This document shows positions 27,027-36,300 of a stretch of 42,526 nt of DNA, piece after piece. This DNA is from a virus. Its lineage: Duplodnaviria; Caudoviricetes. Under the pieces are notes generated by a model. It was not told the DNA's origin and made no database searches. It was given only the letters and a program-made list of their open reading frames with translations. Location of the stretch: positions 1-42,526 of the IMG/VR virus record IMGVR_UViG_3300037424_000599. The stretch is one strand, 5' to 3'. A program made the translations under genes and the position numbers. Every line of letters begins with the position of its first letter. Within the stretch, counting starts at the first letter, position 1.

Positions 27027-28820
27027 ATGGCGGTCACTGACATCATTGCAGCCCAGCAAGAATACGCCGCCGATGCGATAGCCAGCGCTGACGCGTTCCT
27101 GGATTCGCTGAACACGCTGGCGGGCACTACTTTTTTCGTGCAGTCCAACGCTGTTCCCGCGCCCCCGATATCTTTCGACTTGGCGGCAGCGCAGAGCCTG
27201 TTGCTCAGTTTGTTCCCCGACGCGCTCGCAGATAGCGAGATAACGGCCACACCCCCCGCTGCGTTCTCGGCTACCAGCATCGATACCCCCGCGGAAGTGT
27301 CGGTCCCTGAGTTTGCGGGGTCCGTTCCCGTGCTGGACATACCAACCGCGCCAAGCACGGCACTGCCCACCGCACCGTCTGCGCCTTACATCACCGCCCC
27401 GGCGATCCCCACAGCGCCCACGGTGTCTCTGCCTGCTGTCCCCACGGTGGCGGGGATCACGTTCCCGTCGCTGCCCAGCATCAGCATCCCGGAGTTCACA
27501 GCGATTACGCCGACCATTGACTTGACCGCGCCGACCAACAATTTCGCCTTCTACGAGGAAGCGTACTCGTCCACGCTGCTCGACGCGCTGAAAGCCAAGC
27601 TGCTGAATGACATCGAGAACGGCGGGTATGGCATCGAGGTATCCGACGAGATCGCGCTGTTCAACCGCGCACGCGATCGTGAGATCGAAGCGATGCTGTC
27701 GCGGATCGAGGACGCCGGCCGTGCGATGGCGATGCGCGGGTTCCCGCTCCCGCCGGGCGAGTTAAGCCTTATGGTGGATGACGCCTACCAGACTATGCAG
27801 GACAAGGTATCGTCGGTATCACGTGACATCATGCTGGAACGCTCGAAACTTTACGTCGAGAACCGCCAGTTCACGATCACCGAGGCCCGCGGGCTGGAAC
27901 AGATTCTGATCGGATACCACAACAGTGTGATGGAGCGGTCGCTGAACGCGGCCAAGGCGGTACTCGAAGCCGCGATCCAGGTGTACAACGCGCAGGTGGC
28001 GAAACTGAATCTCCAGCTTGAGGCGTACCGCGCTGAGGGTGTGGTGTTCGAAGCTCGCGTCCGTGCCCAGCTTGCGCAGGTGGAGTTGTACCGCACGCAG
28101 ATGGAAGGCAAGCGGATCGAGTCCGATGTCCAGCGAGCGCAGATCGAAGTGTACAGTGCACAGATCGCGGGGGTGAACGCCCTCGTCGGGTTGTATCGGT
28201 CGCAGCTTGAAGCCGCGCAGGTGCAAACCGGGGTAGAGAAACTGCGCATCGACTCCTTCGCCCAACTGGTGAACGCTTACGTTGCTAAGGTGCAGGCCAA
28301 AACATCGGAGTTTCAGATGTTCGAGTCGGCGGTGCGGGGGCAGGCCGTGCGTGCCGATATCTACAAGACCGAGGTTGGGGCGTACGCCACCGCGGTCGAC
28401 GCCGCGAAGTCCAAGAACGAGATCATTATCAGCCGGTTGCGCGGGCAGATCGAAGCAGCGGCCAACGCTGTCGCTGTGTACCGCACGCAGATGGATGCGT
28501 ACAAGATCGACGTGGACGCGCAGGCGCAGACGATCGATGCCAACGTCCGGGTGTATGGGGCGCAGGTGCAAGGCGCAAGCGCCAAGGCAAACGCGATGGC
28601 TGAGGCCCGCCGCCTTGATGTGTTCGGCGCCGACCTTGAGTTCCGTCGCAACGTGGAGAACGCCAAGCTCGCGGTCGAGGACGCCAAGCTGATGCTGCAA
28701 GCCCTCGTCGCGTCGGCCGAGACGCGAAGCGCCGCTGCGAAGGCCGGGTCTGGGTACTATCAGGCGCTGGTCGGCGGGGCAGTTAATTCTATCACCGCGT
28801 TGTCGTCCATCGCGGAATAA
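27027..28820 (+). CDS. Virion protein with Pro-rich N-terminus and long helical C-terminus
   Basis: RGFPLPPG motif; periodic Tyr coiled-coil. Confidence 0.7.
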   Translation: MAVTDIIAAQQEYAADAIASADAFLDSLNTLAGTTFFVQSNAVPAPPISFDLAAAQSLLLSLFPDALADSEITATPPAAFSATSIDTPAEVSVPEFAGSVPVLDIPTAPSTALPTAPSAPYITAPAIPTAPTVSLPAVPTVAGITFPSLPSISIPEFTAITPTIDLTAPTNNFAFYEEAYSSTLLDALKAKLLNDIENGGYGIEVSDEIALFNRARDREIEAMLSRIEDAGRAMAMRGFPLPPGELSLMVDDAYQTMQDKVSSVSRDIMLERSKLYVENRQFTITEARGLEQILIGYHNSVMERSLNAAKAVLEAAIQVYNAQVAKLNLQLEAYRAEGVVFEARVRAQLAQVELYRTQMEGKRIESDVQRAQIEVYSAQIAGVNALVGLYRSQLEAAQVQTGVEKLRIDSFAQLVNAYVAKVQAKTSEFQMFESAVRGQAVRADIYKTEVGAYATAVDAAKSKNEIIISRLRGQIEAAANAVAVYRTQMDAYKIDVDAQAQTIDANVRVYGAQVQGASAKANAMAEARRLDVFGADLEFRRNVENAKLAVEDAKLMLQALVASAETRSAAAKAGSGYYQALVGGAVNSITALSSIAE

Positions 28821-28830
28821 GGGAGTAATT

Positions 28831-30399
28831 ATGGCAACCCAGTTTGCAATACCCGACGATTGGTTTTCTGCGCAGCGCCCCGCATCAGGGGCGGACCCCG
28901 CCATGACCAGACAGGCGCAGGATTGGGTGCGGGGGCAGGCGGAACTTCGGGCTCGTGGTGCCGGTGCCGCGCCAACTACAGCACCGGTTGCTCCTGCCGC
29001 CCCTGCCGCCCCTGCCGCAGCGACAGGTAAGGCAACACCGAAGCCGGGGGTACTGAGTCGTCTGGCTGCAGAAGTCCCCACGGTTCGCAAAGGGCTGGGT
29101 GCGATACCCGACGCGCTATCTCGTGTGAAGTGGGTGATTCCTTCATGGGCGACTGGTGGCGCAGCGGGCGGGGTCGCTGGTGCAGTGCTCACGGCGTTAC
29201 CAGAGGCGATTGGCGTCGCAGATGTGGCTGCTGACCCCGCTGCAACAAAATTGGATGTCGGTACCCGTGTTGGTGAGGGGATGTTCCGCACTGGTATGAC
29301 GGGGATCGGTGCCGGAATGGGGGCTGTTGCGGGGGCCGGGTTAATGTCGGTCCCGCTTGCTGCTGCCGGTGGGTATGGTGCGAGCAAACTGGCTGACTTC
29401 CTATTGTCCCTTCGTGGTGGGAGCAGTTCTGCTACACCCCCTGCCGCTGCCCCTGCCGCTGCCCCCGCCCCCCGCGGGTTCCAATCCCAAGTGCGCGCGG
29501 TAGACAACGCTATCGGGCCGACGCCGGTTGACTTCGGTCAGGCCACTACGACTCCCAGCACAGCGGGTACTTCCGCTGGCCCGGGAGCAGGAATTATAAA
29601 GGTGACGGACCCAGTCACGGGGAAGGTAACCTACACAGACCGGGGCACGTCGCCGGGGTCGGTGGGAGCACCTGTGCAGAATCGAGTGTCCACCATACCA
29701 GTAGGCCCGGGCGGCACGTTCGGTCCAGGCCGAGGCGCGGATACTGCCGGATTATCGGCCGCCCGCCAAGCTGCTGCGGACCGGGGTGACTGGGATGCCG
29801 TGCGATCAAGCTATCAACAGGGTGGCGGGACGTGGCAGGGAGCGACAGCAGCGCAAGACGCGCAGTCCGCGTTGAAGGCCGACGCCGAGGCCGCGATCAG
29901 GGGGGCCACAACTACGAACCAGAAGAAGAACGCCATCGATATGTACAACTCGCTGCTTGCCCAAGAGGCTGCGCAGGGCACCGCCGCAGTCACGCGCGAG
30001 GGCAACCGGCTTACCGCTGAGACTAAGCAGGCTGAACTCGCGCTAAAAGGTCCGGGCGCGATGGTGGATGCACTGACAGCACAGGAGAAGCAACTCCGCC
30101 TTGCCGCAGCGATGAGGGCACCCGATGACCCTACCGCAGTATCGTACGTTGGCGGCCCCGCGGTACAGAGCCCGACCTTCTCAGAGTCGCTTATGGCACA
30201 ACCGGACCCGGAAGGCAAGACACTACCTTTGTTCCAGCGAAGCGGCCCCGGGGCTGGTGCAGCACTTCGGGTGCCGATCCAGTCGCAAGCGTCCATCGCG
30301 AAGGGGAGCGACAACAATTTCTACATCATGGGACCAGATGGCAAGCCTATTCGCAAGGCATCACCGGCGGAAGTGAAGCGGGCACAGGGCGGGAAGTAA
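28831..30399 (+). CDS. Putative internal virion (ejection) protein
   Basis: Ala/Gly-rich, glycine-zipper hydrophobic segments; precedes giant protein. Confidence 0.6.
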   Translation: MATQFAIPDDWFSAQRPASGADPAMTRQAQDWVRGQAELRARGAGAAPTTAPVAPAAPAAPAAATGKATPKPGVLSRLAAEVPTVRKGLGAIPDALSRVKWVIPSWATGGAAGGVAGAVLTALPEAIGVADVAADPAATKLDVGTRVGEGMFRTGMTGIGAGMGAVAGAGLMSVPLAAAGGYGASKLADFLLSLRGGSSSATPPAAAPAAAPAPRGFQSQVRAVDNAIGPTPVDFGQATTTPSTAGTSAGPGAGIIKVTDPVTGKVTYTDRGTSPGSVGAPVQNRVSTIPVGPGGTFGPGRGADTAGLSAARQAAADRGDWDAVRSSYQQGGGTWQGATAAQDAQSALKADAEAAIRGATTTNQKKNAIDMYNSLLAQEAAQGTAAVTREGNRLTAETKQAELALKGPGAMVDALTAQEKQLRLAAAMRAPDDPTAVSYVGGPAVQSPTFSESLMAQPDPEGKTLPLFQRSGPGAGAALRVPIQSQASIAKGSDNNFYIMGPDGKPIRKASPAEVKRAQGGK

Positions 30400-33300
30400 A
30401 TGGCCGAACCGCTGACCTTCGGCCCGCCCATAGGTGACGTGCTGATTGACAATCTGGTAGAACCACCCGCGCAACCGGGGGCTTTCAAACGCGGGCTGGG
30501 AGCCGGCATGGCCGGGGTTAAGTCCTCACTTTATGGCGCAGGCGCCCTCGCCGCCCGAGGCGCGGCCAACATACTCCCCGATGCTGTCGCGCCCGTCGCC
30601 CAAGACCTTGAGCAAGCCGCGCTTGAGAACGTCGCCGCGCAGAACGAGATCGCGGCGTCGCAGTCCATGCGCGTCGAGGATGTGGTCGAAGACCCGTCGC
30701 GGGCGTGGGAGTTCGCGAAGTGGGGCGTCGGCAGCGCAGTACCAAGTCTCGCGCTCATGGCGATTGGCGGCATCGCTGGACGTGGTCTGGGTGCGCTGGC
30801 AGGCCGCGCGATGGCCCCGGCCGCTGCGGCTACGGCCAAGACGGCAGGCATGTACACCGGCGCGGTTGTCCCCGACGTGGCGGTGGAGGCGGGCAGTATC
30901 TACCCCGAAGCGTTGGAGTCGGGAGTGGAAGACCCCGCCACTCGTGCGTTGGTAGGCGGTGCCGCAGCAGGCGCGGTTGACTTCATCGCTCTCCCCCCAG
31001 CCCTGCGAGCGTTGCTCCCCGCCGCGCGCAAGATCGGCAAGGGCGGTGTTGGCGCTGTGGTCAGCGAGGTCGCCCGCCGCGCGCCGAAGGTGAGCGCACT
31101 GGAAGGCGCGCAGGAACTCACGCAGACGTTCATTGAGCGGGCGGCGGCGGGGCAGGCGCTTGACACCCCGGAAGCCATATCGGGCTACATCAACTCCGCA
31201 ACGATTGGTGCACTGGCTGGCGGGACGCTGGGCGGCGCGGCCGGCGTGTTCCATGGCGCGCGAGGCGACGTTCAGGATACGGGTCCGTCCACGAATCGTG
31301 AACAAGCGCTGGACGTGAACGTACCTGATTTGGGTACGAACGTACCCGATTTGGGTACACCCATCCCGCCGGTTACCCCCGAGGAGCAGTTCGCGTCGCT
31401 CACGGCGGAGCACGCTACCGCGACGGAACAACTCGCTACGCTGGAGCCTGCGTTGGCTCAGGCTCAGGCGGCGCACGACGAAGCTGTTGCCCGCCGGGAC
31501 GCGTTGACGGCAGAAAATGTCGCAGCCAAGGATACCGCGCCGGGCACGCGCCGGGCACGGAATGTTATCCTTGCCGAAAAGAAAGCTGCGCAGAAAGCTG
31601 TGGAATCGACGAAAGCCGCGTTGGAGGCTGCCGGGGGTTCAGTCTTTGCCGCCCGTTCAGCGGTTGCTGACATTGGCGCCAAACTTGCAGGTTTCGAAAG
31701 TTCGTTGCAAAATGAAGGCACTTCTGAACAAGTGCCGCCGGTTTCAGACCCGGCAGCAGAAGCTATCGCGGCAGCGACCGAAGCCCCCACTGACGTAGCG
31801 CCAGCGGTACAGCCCGCCCCGGAAAGTAGCGTCCCTGATACGGTAGCCGCGCTGGACACCCACGCGCTCGCCAAGGAAGCCATCGCGTCGCGCCAGCCGG
31901 GCGTCACCCCCGACCAGGCCATCGCGTCGCTGAACCTCGGGGATGTAGAGCATGCCGCCGTACAGGAGAAGTTCCGCTCGGAGGCGGTGCAGAAGGCACA
32001 AGCCTATCTGCAACAACAGGGGGCGGTGAACCTGCCGCCCACCGAGACCGAACTGCGGCAGGGCCGGATCGCCGCTGCAACGGCGGAGGACATCGCCACC
32101 TTGGTCAAGGTCAAAGTGGACAGTCAAGTCAAGGGGTCGAAGCGCAAGGTCAATGTGGCCAAGACTACGGCCAAACTTACTGAGACCGTGAACTCTGAAG
32201 TCGAACGCGCGATGCGGCTTCCGAGTTCGACAGCAACGAAGGCCGAGGCTGCGAAAAGGTGGGTGTTCAAAGCCGTGCGGGGGAGCATGCTGAAGGAGGA
32301 CGCCGAGACTTTGGCGGCCGGGATCGCGGGGAAGATTGAGTCGGGTGAATTGCGTAGCGGACGAGAGACGGTAACGCCATCAAGTGACACCAGCGTTGGG
32401 CAGAACGTTGCTGGTGAGGTTCTCTACGATCGCCCTGATGGGAGCCGTTATCGCATGCACGCCGGGCGCCCGACTTTTGGCGGCGATCTTGCTGTCAGCG
32501 GAGAAACAGGCACACAATTTTCCAAAGGCGCCGTAACAACCCCCGTCTCCCCGGTCGAACGCGCGGAGTGGTCCAACCTCGAACAAGGCGCGATCGAAGG
32601 TAAGCTGACCCAGCACCAGTACGAGAAACTGCTGTGGTTCCGCACGCGCGACAGCGAGAGCCGTATGCCGAGGTTCAAGCAGACGCAGTTGTCGAAGGGG
32701 GCGATGGGACCGGGAGTGTCAATCAAGCCGTCGCTCATGAAGGAACAATCTACGACCGATGTGAGGGCGGGATACGCGAGCTTCTTCAAGAACCCTGTTC
32801 ATCTAGCAGGCGATGGCTTGGACGGGATGCACATATCGGGGTTCAGTGACCCGGTTACAAAAACAACTTTCCACGGATACGACAAGAATGGCGAGCGGTT
32901 CACTATTCGTGCTGCATTACTGAAGCCAGAGAACATCGTTTCGTCGCGCGACAGTAATCGTACTGCCAACTCGCTGCGCGATGCTGTCGTTGCCCATCAG
33001 GAACAAATCACGGCCCGCGAATCCCGAGCCGCCCTAACGCCCGACGAGTTCGACAATCTCCCCGAACCCGCGAAGTTCGCGGCAGTGGAGGAGTTCAACC
33101 GCGCGTGGCGTGCCCGCGGGACGGAGCTCCGCAACCGCATCAAGGAGATGCTGGGTGACCGCTCGGGTCTGATCATGAAGACCTTCATGGCAACGCCGGG
33201 GTCGCCCATCGGGTCGTTCACCCGCGTCGACACGGCGAAGGCCGTAATCTCGATGGCGCTGAACGCCAAGGATGAACTGTCCATCGCCGACCACGAAGGC

Positions 33301-36300
33301 TACCACGCGGCGGAGAGTCTCATACTGAAAGACGCCGAGGTCCAGATCATCACCAACGCGCTCAAACCATCGCGGCCAATAAGGCAGCAGTTGGTGCAGA
33401 AATTGCAGCAGTACGACCGCGAGAACGGCACCACCCTGACCGACGAAGTGACCGCCATCCCTGCCGAGGCGCGGGCCTATGCCTACGAGTTCTGGCGGCG
33501 GGGGGAGTTACAGGCGGAAGGCCCACTCCTTCGTGCGTGGCAGAAGTTGCAGCAGTTCTTCGAACGCATCGCGAACCTCGTGCGCGGGTTGGGGTTCACT
33601 TCGATGGAGGACATCTTCACCGCGCTGGATCGCGGTCAGTTCGCGGAGAGGGAGACGAATAATGGGGGGGCGGAAGCTGTGTTGGCGTCTGAGTCAAACC
33701 AGCAAGGTTGGTACTACTCCGCCCTGACCAAAGCTATCGATGTGCTACCCACCAAGGCTGCGTCGGTGCAGGGGTGGAAGGACCAGATCAAGGGCCTCGT
33801 CGCGAAGGGGGCGGTGAAGCAAGTCGAACTCGACGCGGTAGGGCTGAACGAGTTTCTCGACTTGCAGCAGGGGAAGGTCACCAAGGATCAGGTGCTGGCG
33901 TTCCTCGGCGAGAACGGGGTGCGGGTGGAGGAGACGGTGTTGGGCGAAACTGCTGCAGCCGAGAGGGCTGGTCGCGGCATGGCAGAGGCGCAAGGGCACG
34001 TATGGGATGACTTATCGCAGGCCGATCAGCGTCGGTATATTCGAACCGCGGGCGGGGAGTCAATCGCTGCGCGACCTGAAGGGACGCCAAAATTCGCCTC
34101 CTACCAACTCCCTGGTGGCCAGAACTATCGCGAGTTGCTGTTGAGGTTGCCGCCGCAAGACCAAGCAAAGCAGGAGTTACACCCAGACGAAGTGGAAATT
34201 ACCGAGCCGCGAAACAAGGATATATGGGTCGCGACGGCAGGCAGGCACCAGATAAACGTGCTTCGCAGGGACGCGCCCACCGTATTTGAAGCACAGATTT
34301 TGGCGGCTCGCGTCCTTAGTCGTATGGAAAATAGGAGTCCGAATAACGAGTTCCGCTCCTCCCACTTCGACCAGCCGAACATCCTCGCGCACATCCGGTT
34401 CAACGAGCGCACCGACGCAGAGGGCAAGCGCGTGCTGTTCATCGAGGAGATTCAATCCGACTGGGCGCAGAAGGGGAAGAAGGAGGGGTTCGTTGACAGC
34501 GACGCAGCCAAAACTTTGAACGTGGAGTTGCTCAAGTACGGTGTCGTGCTAGATGAAAATACATCGGTGCACAAACTTACCGATGCTGGAGTACCAGTCG
34601 AGCTTCGCAACCGTTGGTACGAAGTGAACATGAAAGCGGGTACAATCCCCACCGCCCCCTTCGTAACTTCAACCCCTGCATGGGTCGCCCTCTCCCTGAA
34701 GCGCATGATCCGCTACGCCGCCGAGAACGGGTTCGACAAGGTCGCGTGGACGACGGGCGAGCAGCAGTTCGAACGCTACGGTAGTGAACTGATCGCGTGG
34801 GAACGGCAGAAGGGCGCGTCTGTACCAACGTGGAAGGTGCATGCTTCTGAGCAGCATGGCGGAAACGCTGGCGGCATCGACATCGAAGGCGAGGCCAGAG
34901 CACGCGGTATCCTGAAAGAAGAACGTGGGGTTCAGGTACTATCCAAGGGTGATCTGCGCGCACAAGTATCTAGGGTGTTGTCGCGCGAGAATAACCAACA
35001 GGCAATAGATAAGGTTACTGACCGTGTCTGGGAGCGGATGCAGAAGGAGGACGCTGGAACTTCGTTGCCGCGTAGGGAGGGAATGAAGAAGTTCTATGAT
35101 GAGATGGTTCCGAATATCACCAACGATGTGTTGCGGAAGCTGGGCGGGGGGAAGGTGGGAACGGTAGATATCAGTCTGGATCATGATGCTAGCGCCAACG
35201 AACAACGCGAGTGGAACGAGAGCGTGGTACGGTCTATTCTCGGGCAGGGTGGCGAGGTTTATCTGGTGAATCAACACGGGCAGGAGACTGGTGTAAGTAA
35301 CCCTGTGGAACTGAACGCGGAGATTAATGATAACGGAACCCCGCGCGCGTACATCCTTGGGGACAAGCAAGGCAAGCGAATCCAACCCGCCTTCACCCTC
35401 ACCCCCGAACTGGCCGACCGCGCAGCCGCTGGAATCCCATTGTTCTCCCGCGGCGCGACTGCTGACCTGCCCCCCGCCCTTGCCATCCCGGCGATGAGGG
35501 AGATGACTGCGCGGTTCCAGGCTGGGGAGCTTGAGCAGGATCAGTACTTCGCCGCCGTAACCCGCATGATGGATGAGGCGAAGTCGGAGTTACCGGCCAC
35601 GCGCGACATGGTCAAGGCGCTCGGAACGGAGTCGGTCGGCGCGTTCCAGCGTGCTCGCACTTACATCTCGACCGGGAACTACATCGGCAAGTCGTCGAAG
35701 GGGTACAAGAACGCCCTCGGTGCCCTCGCCGCGCAGGAGCGGTTCAAGGAGCGGCTGGTCGTGGACGGTTCCGAGATCGGGATGTCCGCTTGGCACGCAG
35801 CGACGCAGGATGATCGCATCACGACGTTCGACGCGCTTCTGAAGCGCACCATCGGCGGGTTCCTCAAGGGGTCGAAGGAGTTCAACGACCTGTATACGCC
35901 GCTTAATCCTGCACAGCGCAAGATGTTCGAGCAGGTCGCCGGGACCGCGAACGAGGAGGGGATCATCGCCAAGTTCCTCCGTATGGAGTTCGACGCCGAG
36001 ACCAAGCGGTTCCGCGAGTACATGACTCCCAAGGAGTTCGAATCGTGGCAGACCGAACGCGGGGCATCCGTGCAGGGGCTGATCGACAACGGGTACGTCC
36101 CGCTGCGGCGTTTCGGGGACCACACCGTTCGTGTCCTTGTGGACGTGGCGCTGCCTGATGGGTCTACCAAGTCAGTGACGGTTGCGTTGGAAGGTCATGA
36201 GTCAGGGGCGGGGGCCGCGAGGTCCTTGTTACAGTACCAAGACGAAATCAAGCGCACTGGCGCCGCCATCCGTGTCGAGCAGGGTATCCGCCACTCAGCC

